Source of the DNA: an uncultured Pseudomonadota bacterium
GTDB lineage: Bacteria > Pseudomonadota > Alphaproteobacteria > RF32 > CAG-239
Length of the DNA: 64,000 nucleotides
Assembly: GCA_902763155.1 (NCBI GenBank)
Contig: CACWQS010000002.1
Span: 137,566 to 201,565, forward strand
Reading direction: 5' to 3'
Within the stretch, counting starts at the first letter, position 1; the number at the start of each line of letters is the position of its first letter. Position numbers and translations under genes: made by a program. The notes beneath the pieces were generated by a model that saw nothing but the letters and a program-made list of their open reading frames with translations, made no database searches and was not told the DNA's origin. This document shows, in pieces, positions 19,872 to 30,805 of the stretch.

Positions 19872-22537
19872 TGTTTAAACTTTTTACCGCTACCGCACGG
19901 ACATAAATCATTACGTGCCACGTTGGCAAACATCGATTCATTAGGCTGTTTCGCCGGTTGTGTCGCATCATCGCCAACTACTGCACCATCATGCACTGCC
20001 GACATCTTGCGATTCTGTTCCTTATCCATAGCCTGCTGCATTTTCGCCTGCGAATTATCTTGAATCAACGTATGACAACTGACTACCGTTACTCGCTCTT
20101 TTAAAACATCAAGCAAATCCGAAAACATATTGAATGCTTCTTTTTTGTATTCGTTAAGCGGATCTTTCTGCCCGTAGGCCCGTAAACGAATGGTGTGGCG
20201 CATCAAATCAAGCGTAGCAATATGCTCTTTCCACAGTTGGTCTAAAACCTGCAACAAAATGTATTTTTGTGCCATTTTTTTCACGTTCTCCGGTAAGGCA
20301 GCATTACGCTCTTCCAAGCGATTATCTACTTCCTGCAAAATACGTTCTTTTAAGCCCTCGCTGGTCATATCCGGCTCGTTGCACCAATTAGACAGCGGTA
20401 AAACAAAACCGGTTGTTTGTTGCAAATCTTGTTTCAAGCCATCAATATTCCATTCTTCAGCCGAAGTCCCATAAGGAATATGCGCATCAATAATTCCGCC
20501 TAAATATTCATCACGCATATCTTTCAAAGTTTCCGACAAATCGTCCTCTTCTAAAATTTCGCGGCGTTCCTCGTAAATAATTTTACGCTGGTCATTCATC
20601 ACATTGTCGTACTTTAAAATATCTTTACGAGCATCAAAATGGCTTTCTTCCACGCGTTTTTGTGCTTTTTCCAAAGCCTTGGTAATCCACGGATGCACCA
20701 GCGCCTCTCCTTCCGGCAAGCCTAAACGGTGTAACACGTTAGACATCTTATCCGAACCAAAGATGCGCATTAAATCATCTTGCATTGAAAGGAAGAACTT
20801 GGATGTCCCCGGATCGCCCTGACGCCCCGAACGTCCGCGCAACTGATTGTCGATTCGTCGACTTTCGTGACGTTCTGTTCCCAAAATATACAAACCTCCG
20901 GCCGCCAAAACTTTTTCCTTATCTGCCGCCACTTCGGCTTCTATCTTTTTCTTCAATTCGGCAATTTGCTCCGGTGTTTCATCTCCTTTGAGAAGCTCTT
21001 TCAGCTTCATATCCGGATTACCGCCGAGCTGAATATCCGTACCGCGTCCGGCCATGTTGGTAGCAATCGTTACGGCACCGGAAACACCGGCTTGCGCCAC
21101 AATTATCGCCTCGCGCTCATGATAACGGGCATTCAGCACTTCGAACTTTATATCCGGTGCGGCCTTGCGCAATAATTCCGCCACAATCTCCGACTTTTCT
21201 ACCGAAGTCGTACCCACCAAAACCGGCTGTCCGCGCTTATGGCAATCAATAATCGTGTTAATAATCGCCCGATATTTTTCATCTTCGGTCCGATATACTT
21301 CATCCTGCAGATCTTGACGTTGCACCGGCTTATTGGTCGGAATTTCTACGCACATCAAGTTATAAATGTCGTTAAATTCGGCTTCTTCGGTCATCGCCGT
21401 TCCGGTCATACCCGCTAGCTTCGGATAAAGCCGGAAATAATTTTGGAAGGTAATCGATGCCAAGGTTTGGTTCTCCGACTGAATCTGCACCCCCTCTTTA
21501 GCCTCTAACGCTTGATGCAAACCGTCGCTGAAGCGGCGTCCTTCCATAATACGACCGGTAAATTCATCAACAATCACCACTTTGCCGTCTTTTACAATAT
21601 AGTCCACATCACGCTGAAACATCTTGTGCGCCCGCAAAGCATTGTTCACGTGCTGCACCAAATTAACATTACCGATATCATAAAGCGAACCTTCCTTAAT
21701 CAATCCGGCTTCGTGAAGCAAACTTTCCACATGTTCCATACCGGTTTCAGTCAAAGTAATGTTTTTAAACTTTTCGTCTTTTTCATAATCTGCTTCCGTC
21801 AAATGGCTGATAAGTTTAGAAACCGTGATATATGTCATAGACGAGTCTTCCGCTTGACCGGAAATAATCAGCGGTGTTCTGGCTTCATCAATCAAAATGG
21901 AATCTACTTCATCAACAATGGCAAAATTAAAATCACGCTGAACTTTTTCTTCCAAGCTGTATTTCATGTTGTCGCGCAAATAATCAAACCCCAGTTCATT
22001 ATTGGTGCCGTAAACAATATCGGCGGCGTACGCTTGCTTACGCTCCATATCGTTTTTACCATGCACAATATAATCTACCGTCAAACCCAAAAAACGGTAA
22101 ATTTTTCCCATCCACTCGGCATCGCGCTGTGCCAAATAGTCATTAACCGTAACTACGTGCACACCTTTGCCTTCAAGCGCATTCAAATACGCCGCCAGCG
22201 TTGCCACCAAAGTTTTACCTTCACCGGTCTTCATTTCGGCAATCATGCCCTTATGCAAAACTATACCGCCGATAAGTTGCACATCATAATGGCGTTGTCC
22301 CATCACTCGCTTTGCCGCTTCACGCACCGTGGCAAAAGCCTCCGGCAAAATATCATCCAACGATTCGCCTTTTTTCAGGCGTTCGCGAAATTCGTCGGTC
22401 TTAGCTCGCAGTTCTTCGTCGGAAAGTTTAATAAAATCAGGCTCTAGAGCATTGATTTGATTAACGATTTTATATTGTTTTTTTACAAAACGATCATTGG
22501 CACTGCCAAAAATCTTACGCGCGATTTTCCCTAACAT
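19847..22537 (-). CDS. secA: preprotein translocase ATPase SecA
   Basis: 896 aa. DEAD-like motor motifs and the C-terminal zinc-binding motif [14 protein letters not shown]. Confidence 0.95.
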   Translation of the reverse strand: MLGKIARKIFGSANDRFVKKQYKIVNQINALEPDFIKLSDEELRAKTDEFRERLKKGESLDDILPEAFATVREAAKRVMGQRHYDVQLIGGIVLHKGMIAEMKTGEGKTLVATLAAYLNALEGKGVHVVTVNDYLAQRDAEWMGKIYRFLGLTVDYIVHGKNDMERKQAYAADIVYGTNNELGFDYLRDNMKYSLEEKVQRDFNFAIVDEVDSILIDEARTPLIISGQAEDSSMTYITVSKLISHLTEADYEKDEKFKNITLTETGMEHVESLLHEAGLIKEGSLYDIGNVNLVQHVNNALRAHKMFQRDVDYIVKDGKVVIVDEFTGRIMEGRRFSDGLHQALEAKEGVQIQSENQTLASITFQNYFRLYPKLAGMTGTAMTEEAEFNDIYNLMCVEIPTNKPVQRQDLQDEVYRTEDEKYRAIINTIIDCHKRGQPVLVGTTSVEKSEIVAELLRKAAPDIKFEVLNARYHEREAIIVAQAGVSGAVTIATNMAGRGTDIQLGGNPDMKLKELLKGDETPEQIAELKKKIEAEVAADKEKVLAAGGLYILGTERHESRRIDNQLRGRSGRQGDPGTSKFFLSMQDDLMRIFGSDKMSNVLHRLGLPEGEALVHPWITKALEKAQKRVEESHFDARKDILKYDNVMNDQRKIIYEERREILEEDDLSETLKDMRDEYLGGIIDAHIPYGTSAEEWNIDGLKQDLQQTTGFVLPLSNWCNEPDMTSEGLKERILQEVDNRLEERNAALPENVKKMAQKYILLQVLDQLWKEHIATLDLMRHTIRLRAYGQKDPLNEYKKEAFNMFSDLLDVLKERVTVVSCHTLIQDNSQAKMQQAMDKEQNRKMSAVHDGAVVGDDATQPAKQPNESMFANVARNDLCPCGSGKKFKHCHGRITG

Positions 22538-22702
22538 TTATCTTCCTTATTATACATTTGTTCTTCTTACATTTAGTTTGAATAAAACATAAAGTCAAGA
22601 CGTCAAGCAAAAGTTATAAACCTCTTATAAAAAATCCTTTGAATTTTTCACAGAATTATATATCATAACGCTGAATTGTTTTTTTATTTTTGGGAGGTAT
22701 AT

Positions 22703-23539
22703 ATGCAAAAAAAATATTTATTCGCAACGACCGCAGCAATAGTTGTTCTTGTGGCCGGAGCTCTTACCTATAAAGTATCGGCGGAAAAAAATAACGGTGT
22801 TGCCGCAATAATTAACGGAGAAAAAGTTACCGTAGCGGAAATCAAAGAGGCCTATGACCAAAATCCGCAATTAAAACAAATTCCGTTTGAAGAATTTTAT
22901 AATCACGCACTTGATGTAATGGTTAACAGTAAATTGGCTTTGCAAGCTGCAGATAAAGCAAACATTAAACAATCTGCCGAATATTTGGAACAATTAAAAC
23001 AGGTTGAAGATGATTTGGCTCGCCAAATCTATTTGGATAAACGCGTGCAAGAAAGCATAACCGATGAAGCAGTGCAAAAAATCTACGATGAATATGTTGC
23101 CAAATTTGAACCGCAAAAAGAAGTGAGTGCCAAACATATTTTGGTAGATACCGAAGATGAAGCTAACGAAGTTATTGCCAAATTAGAAGCCAAAGAAGCC
23201 TCTTTTGATGATTTAGCTCGTCAATATTCCAAAGATAATCCGAATTTAGGTTATTTCACTGCTGAAATGATGGTACCGGAATTTTCTGATGCCGCGTTCA
23301 AAATGAACAAAGGCGAACACTCTAAAGAACCGGTTAAGACTGAATTTGGCTATCATGTTATTTTAATTGAAGATATTCGCGAAACCAAACCTTTAGACTT
23401 AGCCGAAGTTGAACCGCAAATTAAAGCCGGTTTGGCACAAGAAGCAATTGCTAAGATTGTTGAAGATTTGAACAACAATGCCGAAGTTGAAAAGTTTGAC
23501 TTAAACGGTAAAAAAATCGAAAACAAAAAAGCTGAATAA
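22703..23539 (+). CDS. periplasmic parvulin-type peptidyl-prolyl isomerase (SurA/PpiC-like)
   Basis: Signal peptide. Parvulin domain KHILVDTEDEA...FGYHVILIEDIR. RBS GGGAGG. Confidence 0.8.
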   Translation: MQKKYLFATTAAIVVLVAGALTYKVSAEKNNGVAAIINGEKVTVAEIKEAYDQNPQLKQIPFEEFYNHALDVMVNSKLALQAADKANIKQSAEYLEQLKQVEDDLARQIYLDKRVQESITDEAVQKIYDEYVAKFEPQKEVSAKHILVDTEDEANEVIAKLEAKEASFDDLARQYSKDNPNLGYFTAEMMVPEFSDAAFKMNKGEHSKEPVKTEFGYHVILIEDIRETKPLDLAEVEPQIKAGLAQEAIAKIVEDLNNNAEVEKFDLNGKKIENKKAE

Positions 23540-23575
23540 TCTCTGATGCTTTTAATTTATTGCTTAAGACTATTT

Positions 23576-23610
23576 CCCCGAGATGCAAATTTCGGGGCTT
23601 TATTTTTTTT
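23576..23610 (+). terminator. rho-independent terminator
   Basis: CCCCGAGATGCAAATTTCGGGG followed by a T-run. Confidence 0.7.
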
Positions 23611-23783
23611 CTTCACAGGAGAAGCAAAACGCTGTTTTTTATATTACTTCCACGTCATCGCGAGTTTTTAAGGCGTGATGTCTGCGAAATAAGACAATTT
23701 TTGAGAGCCTAAAACGCCTTAACTCACGAAACAATCCAGGACAATATAGCCGTATTTTCTCTGAATTACTACACGCAAAAAAA

Positions 23784-24347
23784 TTACAACCGTTTTAACT
23801 GCTCGGCGATAGCTTTCGAAAGCTGATGAACCGCCGCATTTTGCGCCTTTACAACATCTTCCATGGTATTGCCGCTCATCGGCACTTCAAATTTTTCCTG
23901 ACTGCGTTTAACCACACGCCCCGAAGCATTGGCAATATTCCACCACGCGCTTAATACCACTTTGTCGCCGACATAAGCCGCCATTTGGTTAATCTCAATA
24001 TTAACGCTATAATCTAAATTACCACTATCAAAATAAGTGCGTTTGATAAAAGCATTCGGCAAATATGCCATTAAATCGTTGGTAACCGTTGCCTGCAACA
24101 CTTCCGGAAACGCCTCTCCCCAACGATTGAACTCATCAATTTTCACTTCGCCATCATTTTTTTCATATACGACAATCTGCGAACGGTCTAATAAATCAGG
24201 CACCTTTATCCGCGCCACTGAAACACTGATTTTTCGATTCGATACCGGTTCCAAACCATCGCTGTTCATCATATAAAAAGTCGAATTCGGTGTGCGCCAA
24301 CTGCACGCACAAAGCACTAAAAACAGTCCTAAAATCCATTTTTTCAT
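23784..24347 (-). CDS. ABC-type transport auxiliary lipoprotein (PqiC/DUF330-like)
   Basis: Lipobox LVLCAC. About 185 aa. Sits directly downstream of the mce-domain gene. Confidence 0.6.
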   Translation of the reverse strand: MKKWILGLFLVLCACSWRTPNSTFYMMNSDGLEPVSNRKISVSVARIKVPDLLDRSQIVVYEKNDGEVKIDEFNRWGEAFPEVLQATVTNDLMAYLPNAFIKRTYFDSGNLDYSVNIEINQMAAYVGDKVVLSAWWNIANASGRVVKRSQEKFEVPMSGNTMEDVVKAQNAAVHQLSKAIAEQLKRL

Positions 24348-24348
24348 C

Positions 24349-25125
24349 TTACTTTTCCTTTCCCATTAACAGAGCTTCCGGATGCCGCTCTAAATAATCG
24401 GTCAAATTCTTAATTGAACGACTGGTCTTACTGATTTCTTCCATAGCGGCATTAAAACTATTCATAGATTTAGATGCTTCTCCGCTCTTTCTATCCAAAA
24501 CTCTGTCGATTTTTTGCGTAATCTGCGTTGTATTTTCCAAAATCTGCGGCAAATTTTCTTCTAGATCTTGAATAATATTTCCCAAACGCGACAACGTTTC
24601 CCGCAGCGGAACTTCTTCCAAATCTTGTGACAACATGGCAAAAGATGAGAGCTCGGTCGGAATTTCCCAATATTTGCCAGTACCGCGTAAAACGGCCGGT
24701 GTTTTTGCGTCCATCACCAGTTCAATCATCAGTTGACCGGTCAAATAATTTGCTGAAATAAGCCGCGCCCGCAACCCCTTGGCTATCAAATTATCCAGCA
24801 TTTTTTTATCGTCCCACTCGGTGAGTCCTATTGTGGTCATACTATTTTCAAGATCAAATAATACTAAAACCGGTGTTTTAAATGTGCCTTCTTTCAAATT
24901 CGCCAACAAACTGATATCAGCTACTTTGCCAACTTCTACTCCCTTGAAAACCACCGACGAACCCACGCTCAAGCCTCGTATGGATTCTTCAAAATACATC
25001 ACCACTAAATCTTCTTGGTTAGTGGTAAACCTCTGAGAAGCATAGTTCAAAACAACACCGATAAGGCTTGCCAGCCCGACCATTACAAAAAGTCCGACCA
25101 TTTTATATGTTTTTTTCTGTTGCAT
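24349..25125 (-). CDS. mlaD: MlaD-like mce-domain substrate-binding protein
   Basis: N-terminal TM anchor plus Mce domain (ESIRGLSVGSSVVFKGVEVGKV). Confidence 0.8.
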   Translation of the reverse strand: MQQKKTYKMVGLFVMVGLASLIGVVLNYASQRFTTNQEDLVVMYFEESIRGLSVGSSVVFKGVEVGKVADISLLANLKEGTFKTPVLVLFDLENSMTTIGLTEWDDKKMLDNLIAKGLRARLISANYLTGQLMIELVMDAKTPAVLRGTGKYWEIPTELSSFAMLSQDLEEVPLRETLSRLGNIIQDLEENLPQILENTTQITQKIDRVLDRKSGEASKSMNSFNAAMEEISKTSRSIKNLTDYLERHPEALLMGKEK

Positions 25126-25126
25126 C

Positions 25127-25882
25127 TTACTTTTTTTCTCCTCGTGTCAAAAATTCATACACTTCCTTATTTGGCGGATTCTTCAGCAATTCTTTCGGAT
25201 TCCCTCGCGCCAAAATCGTTTTACTTGCGGCATCTAAAAAAATCGAATTATTCCCTATAGCAAAAATAGATGCCAATTCATGCGTTACCACCACAATAGT
25301 TGTGCCTAAACTGCGATTAAGCTCAATAATCAACTCGTCCAAATTATGCGAGCTTATAGGATCCAACCCTGCCGATGGCTCATCAAAATACACAATATCC
25401 GGATCTAAAGCCAAAGCCCTGGCCAAACCGGCACGTTTTTTCATACCGCCGCTAATCTCGGACGGATAAAAATCATCAAAACCTTTTAAACCGACAAGCG
25501 CTAACTTCAATCCGGCTAATTCTCTCATAGTTGCCGCTGAATAATCGGAATATTGCTGCATCGGCAACATAATATTTTCGGCCAACGTCATCGAGCTGAA
25601 AAGCGCTCCGCTTTGATATAATATTCCGGATTTTTCGCGGATTTTTTGAATATCATCAACCTTGCCGTTAATCATATCCACGCCGTTAATTATTACTTCC
25701 CCTTTAAGCGGCGGTAATAATCCGGTTAAAACTCTGAGCATACTGCTCTTACCGCAACCGCTGCCACCCATAATAATAAAAATATCACCTTTATTAACCT
25801 GATAATCGGCGTCATGCAGCAACACATAATCACCATATCCGACAGATAATCCTTTAACATCTATGGCAACCGGCGCACTCAT
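25127..25882 (-). CDS. mlaF: MlaF-like ABC transporter ATP-binding protein
   Basis: Walker A GGSGCGKSS, signature LSGGMKKRAGLARAL, Walker B IVYFDEP. Start set at MSAPVAIDV, which overlaps the mlaE stop (ATGA). Confidence 0.85.
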   Translation of the reverse strand: MSAPVAIDVKGLSVGYGDYVLLHDADYQVNKGDIFIIMGGSGCGKSSMLRVLTGLLPPLKGEVIINGVDMINGKVDDIQKIREKSGILYQSGALFSSMTLAENIMLPMQQYSDYSAATMRELAGLKLALVGLKGFDDFYPSEISGGMKKRAGLARALALDPDIVYFDEPSAGLDPISSHNLDELIIELNRSLGTTIVVVTHELASIFAIGNNSIFLDAASKTILARGNPKELLKNPPNKEVYEFLTRGEKK

Positions 25883-27009
25883 ACCCCAATCTCCTGACAG
25901 ATAACGGTAATTATACCGGTAATTACAATCATCCAAACAATGGCATTAACCACCGAACTTGTTGTCGCTACCCCCACGCTGTCAGCATTACGCCCGCAGG
26001 TCAATCCGCTGTAACAACCGCACATCGCAATAATGATTCCAAAACAGAAACCATGAAAAATTCCAACTAAAAAATTATTCAAAGTAAAAGCATTAATCGC
26101 AAATTTCCAATATTCCTGATATGGTAATCCCATTATGAAAACGCCGACAAATCCCCCGCCAAGCATACCCATAAAATCTGCCAACATCGTCAATATCGGC
26201 ATTGCTAAAATCAAAGCCAATAACCGTGGCATTACTAAAAAATCTATCTGCGAAAGCCCCATTGTTTGCAATGCGTCAAGTTCCTCATTAACCTGCATTG
26301 TTCCTATCGTTGCGGCGTATGCCGAACCGGTACGACCGGCCATAATAATCCCCACCATTATCGCTCCCATAATCCGACACATACCAACGGTTACCAAACT
26401 CGCCACATAAATTTGTGCACCAAAAATCTGCAATTGCACCGCACCGACAAATGCCAAAATCAGCCCTACCAAAAAGCTGATAAGCGACACAATTGCCAAT
26501 GCTTTCGGGCCACAATCATCCAATGCAGCACAAAAGTCAATCCGCCGCATAATCGAGCGAAAACTCAAAAATCTGCCGATTCCTAAAGTTACCGCACCCA
26601 AGAAATTAAAGAAATTGCTTATAACAGAGCATAAATTTACAACTATCCGACCGACTGTTTCTAAAAAACCGCCACCGGTTGCGCTCTTATGCTCCGGCTT
26701 ACGGTCAACTTCAAAAGCCATTTTTACCAAATCTTGCAAATTTTTCGGCAACTTAGATAAATCTGTTTCAACACCTTTATCTTTGGCGATTCGCACTGCC
26801 TCATAAATCAATAAAATCAGTGAAGAATCCCAACTGCCTAAGCCATCAGGCATAAATTTAATTTGCTGTCCGCTTTTTTGCACAATATCGGCTATTTTTT
26901 TCAGCGCACTTTCGCTATTATAGGTCAAAATATCCCCGCTGAGAGCTACATAAACCACCCCGCCTTTAGAAAGAACCTCGACCGGATTATTTATCTGACT
27001 TATGCGCAT
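25879..27009 (-). CDS. mlaE: MlaE-like ABC permease with an N-terminal fused STAS (MlaB-like) domain
   Basis: The first ~100 aa look like a STAS/anti-sigma-antagonist fold (VVYVALSGDIL...). The remaining ~270 aa are a typical MlaE permease. Confidence 0.75.
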   Translation of the reverse strand: MRISQINNPVEVLSKGGVVYVALSGDILTYNSESALKKIADIVQKSGQQIKFMPDGLGSWDSSLILLIYEAVRIAKDKGVETDLSKLPKNLQDLVKMAFEVDRKPEHKSATGGGFLETVGRIVVNLCSVISNFFNFLGAVTLGIGRFLSFRSIMRRIDFCAALDDCGPKALAIVSLISFLVGLILAFVGAVQLQIFGAQIYVASLVTVGMCRIMGAIMVGIIMAGRTGSAYAATIGTMQVNEELDALQTMGLSQIDFLVMPRLLALILAMPILTMLADFMGMLGGGFVGVFIMGLPYQEYWKFAINAFTLNNFLVGIFHGFCFGIIIAMCGCYSGLTCGRNADSVGVATTSSVVNAIVWMIVITGIITVICQEIGV

Positions 27010-27235
27010 TTTCTAAAGCCTCACCCAGTTCTTCCACTTCCAGTTCATCCAAGTCTTCTGAAGCCACCGCATAACTGCCGTTAAACCATCGTCCCAAATC
27101 GACATCGGCACAACGCTTTGAACAAAAAGGAGCATACGCCGTATCGGTGTATATTTTTTTACAAATCGGACATTTGTGGATTTCGACAACTTCGCTCACG
27201 GCTCCACCCTTCCCGTACCGCTGCAAGTCGGACAT
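26987..27235 (-). CDS. yacG: zinc-ribbon DNA gyrase inhibitor YacG-like
   Basis: CPICKKIYTDTAYAPFCSKRCADVDLGRW. Confidence 0.65.
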   Translation of the reverse strand: MSDLQRYGKGGAVSEVVEIHKCPICKKIYTDTAYAPFCSKRCADVDLGRWFNGSYAVASEDLDELEVEELGEALENAHKSDK

Positions 27236-28359
27236 TCTACCGTATATAAATCACGCAGACTTGGACGCCGACGCTGCCGCAAAATTTCAATATTGCCACC
27301 GCGGCTCAGACCTAAAACCCTGCTATGCGCCGCATCATCGGCCAATTCTTCTTCCAAAACATCTATCACTGCTTTCATGAAACGATATTCTGACGAACCG
27401 GCAAAATCAACCACAATTTTTCCGGCCAAATTACGCAACCGTATCTGCCGTGCAATCTCTTTGGCGGCTTCCAAATTCAGCGCATCTACTTCGCCGCCGC
27501 CGTGCACACCTCCGCTATCCACGTCTATTGCCACGCAAGCCCGTGTTTCTTCAATATGCAAAGCACCGCCGTGTTTTAATTTAACGGTTCTGTTCAGAGC
27601 TTCGACAATCGCATCGTCAACTCCATATTCTTCAAAACCTTCACGTTGCAAAGTTACCGCACCATCAAAAACAGCTTTAACTTCTTCTGCCAAATTCGGC
27701 GAGTCAACCACTACTTCATTTAAGCTGTCTTTATAGCGCCGCACATATTCCAAAAGCGGATTTTCCTTAGCATACAACAATGCCGGTGCGCTTAAAGTTC
27801 TGGCCTTTTTGCGAATATTTTCATATATTTCACGCAAATTTTTCATCTCATCAATAATCTGCTGTTCGTCAGCTTCCACCGCTGCTGTTCGCAAAATCCA
27901 ACCTTCTTGCCCAACGCAATTTTCTCTTACCAGACGTTGATATTCTTCTGCTTTTTTCACATCTTCAATCTTGCGCGAATATTCAACATCATACTTAAAT
28001 GGACAATACACCAAATTAACTCCGACAAGTTGCACATTACGCACCACCTTGGCGCCCTTTTCGGCATGTTTTTCTTGTGCCACCTGCACTACAACACTTT
28101 GCCCTTCGCTCATATTCGCTTCTTTAAGCGCCGGCTCATAAGAATTCAAAAACGCTTCCATTCCATCGCCGATTTCTACCATAAAACCGAATTTATCGTG
28201 CGCTAAATTTATTTTTTTAACAATACGCCCTAAATAAACATTACCTTCCATCGCTCGATTTTCATTATAGATATCAATCTCTGCTAAACCATCGGCATCA
28301 AATACGGCAATCCCGAACGACGATTCGTTATGGTCATAAACGATTTTTTCTGCCTGCAT
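27196..28359 (-). CDS. rng: ribonuclease E/G family protein (short)
   Basis: S1 domain, DNase I-like region and catalytic aspartates. At 387 aa it is shorter than canonical RNase G. Confidence 0.75.
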   Translation of the reverse strand: MQAEKIVYDHNESSFGIAVFDADGLAEIDIYNENRAMEGNVYLGRIVKKINLAHDKFGFMVEIGDGMEAFLNSYEPALKEANMSEGQSVVVQVAQEKHAEKGAKVVRNVQLVGVNLVYCPFKYDVEYSRKIEDVKKAEEYQRLVRENCVGQEGWILRTAAVEADEQQIIDEMKNLREIYENIRKKARTLSAPALLYAKENPLLEYVRRYKDSLNEVVVDSPNLAEEVKAVFDGAVTLQREGFEEYGVDDAIVEALNRTVKLKHGGALHIEETRACVAIDVDSGGVHGGGEVDALNLEAAKEIARQIRLRNLAGKIVVDFAGSSEYRFMKAVIDVLEEELADDAAHSRVLGLSRGGNIEILRQRRRPSLRDLYTVECPTCSGTGRVEP

Positions 28360-28932
28360 CTAAATTCCCTCCCCTTTTAATATATTCAATGTATCATAAA
28401 GCGGCAAGCCCACCACACCGGAATATGAACCCACTATCCGTTTCACATAGCCGGCAAGCCGTCCTTCAATCTTGTATCCGCACACGCCGCACCACTCTTT
28501 ACAAGCCACATAGTCTTCTATTTCCTGCGGTGTCAAAACCTTCATCGTAATCTTGGTGCTGATTGTGCGCTGTGATATTTTCCCTTGCTTATTTATCAAA
28601 CAAACTGAGCTGATAACACGATGCGTTTTACCGGAGAGCATCTGCATTACTTTGCGCTGTTCATCTTCATCTTTTGATTTATGCAAAATTTTCTGCCCGA
28701 CCACCACTACCGTATCGCAAGCCAAAATATTTTCACCTTCACGCAATACTGCTACATGTTTAGCTTTGTTCAACGCCATGCGCCGCACATAAGGAAGCGC
28801 CTTTTCATACAGCAAACAACTTTCATCAATATCCGCCGGTAAAATTTCTTTCGGTTCATAACACACCTGCCGCAATAAAGCAATTCGCTGCGGCGAACCC
28901 GAGGCTAAAATATAATCTTTTGCCGCCATCAT
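28360..28932 (-). CDS. maf: Maf-like nucleotide pyrophosphatase
   Basis: ILASGSPQRIALL N-terminus typical of the Maf family. Confidence 0.85.
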   Translation of the reverse strand: MMAAKDYILASGSPQRIALLRQVCYEPKEILPADIDESCLLYEKALPYVRRMALNKAKHVAVLREGENILACDTVVVVGQKILHKSKDEDEQRKVMQMLSGKTHRVISSVCLINKQGKISQRTISTKITMKVLTPQEIEDYVACKEWCGVCGYKIEGRLAGYVKRIVGSYSGVVGLPLYDTLNILKGEGI

Positions 28933-28941
28933 AAAATCAGC

Positions 28942-29367
28942 CTAAGCTTCGTCATCAAAAGTTTTTTCCATACGCTCATGGCGCTCTTGCGCTTCAATGG
29001 AAAGTGTGGCTACCGGACGTGCTTCCAAACGCTCAATTCCTATCGGTTCCCCAGTTTCTTCACAATAACCGTATGAACCGTCTTCGATGCGTTCTAATGC
29101 TTCGTCAATTTTGTTAATTAGCTTTCTGATTCTGTCTTTTGTTCTCAAATCAAGTGCCTTATCGGTTTCCAGCGATGCGCGATCAATCTCGTCCGGCTGG
29201 CTCAAACCACCCTGACGCAAATCTTCTAAGGTGTCAACCGATTGCGAAACTATCGATTTTTTCCAATTAACCAACTTCTGGCGGAAATATTCAAGTTGCA
29301 TTTCATTCATATATTCTTCGTCTGCCGAAGGTTTATAATCCGGTGGTAAAACAATAGATGTAGTCAT
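28942..29367 (-). CDS. dksA: DksA-family RNAP-binding transcription factor (lacking the Cys4 zinc finger)
   Basis: Coiled-coil with the conserved DxxDxA tip (DEIDRAS). The C-terminal domain has a single Cys (GYCEETGEPIG). Confidence 0.8.
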   Translation of the reverse strand: MTTSIVLPPDYKPSADEEYMNEMQLEYFRQKLVNWKKSIVSQSVDTLEDLRQGGLSQPDEIDRASLETDKALDLRTKDRIRKLINKIDEALERIEDGSYGYCEETGEPIGIERLEARPVATLSIEAQERHERMEKTFDDEA

Positions 29368-29460
29368 AACCTTATCTCCTCTATACTAATATATTTTCAT
29401 AATTTTAACAATATTTATCCCTAACTTCAAGCACTATCTTAGCAAAACCCCATAAAGCTG

Positions 29461-30114
29461 TTAATTAAACACCCACATAATCGAGTTATTGTTATTATCT
29501 TTACACTGTCCGTCATCTTCGGTAGCGCTGGTACCTGCCACTGCCGAGCGCTTAACCGGCAAAACATTATCCCCGCCTGCCGCGGTATATGCCGGCCAAT
29601 ACCATGCTGCACCGCTGGTACCGTTAATAATGATCGCATATAAATCCGTATATTTGCTTTTCAACCAATCTTTAACCGCTAAATCAATACATTGATTACG
29701 ATTCAAATTATAAAAAGTAATATAAAATTTATTTTCATAATTAGTGCCGGAAACATCGTCGGAAGCCGGAATCCCTATCTTAACTTCTCCACCGAAGGCA
29801 TGGAAAATCTTACGCCCTTTTACCCGAAAAGATGAGGGGATAAGCTTCAATCCCTCCGCTTTTTGTGTATTGGTAACCTCTCCCGTTCCGTTTATCATAT
29901 CAATAATGAGTGAATAATTTTCCTCAATAGCACCGGCTTTACTTATAGAGTTTGCCAAATCGGTAATTTGCATATTTGCCTTGCTGAATTTATAATCACC
30001 GTAAGCACCGGAAATCATGTGTCCAATTCCCACGGTAAAAGCCATTACCACGGCAATATAGCCCATCATCTCAATCATTGAACGCCCGTATTGCTGTTGC
30101 TTTCTATCTGTCAT
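29461..30114 (-). CDS. type IV pilin/pseudopilin-like protein (class III signal peptide)
   Basis: N-terminus ...QQYG|RSMIEMMGYIAVVMAFTV, with Gly-1, Glu+5 and a hydrophobic stretch as in prepilins. Confidence 0.6.
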   Translation of the reverse strand: MTDRKQQQYGRSMIEMMGYIAVVMAFTVGIGHMISGAYGDYKFSKANMQITDLANSISKAGAIEENYSLIIDMINGTGEVTNTQKAEGLKLIPSSFRVKGRKIFHAFGGEVKIGIPASDDVSGTNYENKFYITFYNLNRNQCIDLAVKDWLKSKYTDLYAIIINGTSGAAWYWPAYTAAGGDNVLPVKRSAVAGTSATEDDGQCKDNNNNSIMWVFN

Positions 30115-30242
30115 AATTTTCCTCGCTCCGAATCTTCGTTTTAATATACCATAAAATCTGCTTATTCACAACAAATTATTAACAATTTACTTTTTGTAAT
30201 AAATCATTTATGATACCTTATCAACATTTAGAGGAATGATAT

Positions 30243-30794
30243 ATGAAAAAGATTACCTTTTTTTTAACATCGGCAATATTGACAAGTATAACTTTTTCAG
30301 CCAGAGCCGATACCTATAATTACCGCCCGTATATCGGTATAGATTACGTTTACGATCAAATTTCCGCCCGTGGCTTTTCTCCGCATCATTCGGTGGGCGG
30401 ATTACACTTCGGTTCCACATACAGCTCATATTTTGCTACCGAATTATTTTATAATGCCAGCGATTCGGACAAGCATAATAAACAAAACACAAAGATAAAA
30501 ACTTCTTACCAATCTTATGGTTTAGATTTGCTCGCCATGCTTCCGCTGGATTGCGAAAAAAGATTTTCGCTGCTTGTAACCACCGGTATAGGAGAATATG
30601 TAGTTAGGCAAAAGCCTGCTTTTCAAAAACACCAAACCGAACACGGCTGGGGCTACCGTTTCGGCGGCGGCATGCAATACGCGTGGTCAAGTGCATGGCA
30701 AACACGCCTCTTAACACGATATGTTAATTTTGACCGGTTAAGCGGTTATGATCATGCTGTCGAATACAATTTAAGCTTGGAATACCATTTTTAA
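30243..30794 (+). CDS. outer-membrane beta-barrel protein (OmpW/OmpA-like small porin family)
   Basis: Signal peptide, alternating amphipathic beta-strands, C-terminal aromatic signal ...EYHF. Confidence 0.6.
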   Translation: MKKITFFLTSAILTSITFSARADTYNYRPYIGIDYVYDQISARGFSPHHSVGGLHFGSTYSSYFATELFYNASDSDKHNKQNTKIKTSYQSYGLDLLAMLPLDCEKRFSLLVTTGIGEYVVRQKPAFQKHQTEHGWGYRFGGGMQYAWSSAWQTRLLTRYVNFDRLSGYDHAVEYNLSLEYHF

Positions 30795-30805
30795 GGAATA
30801 AACAA

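Noticed and set aside
21512-22447. 311-aa plus-strand ORF
   Set aside because: Antisense shadow within secA. Low-complexity, with no start context.
27176-27736. 186-aa plus-strand ORF
   Set aside because: Antisense shadow within rng. Ser/Thr/Ala-rich low-complexity translation.
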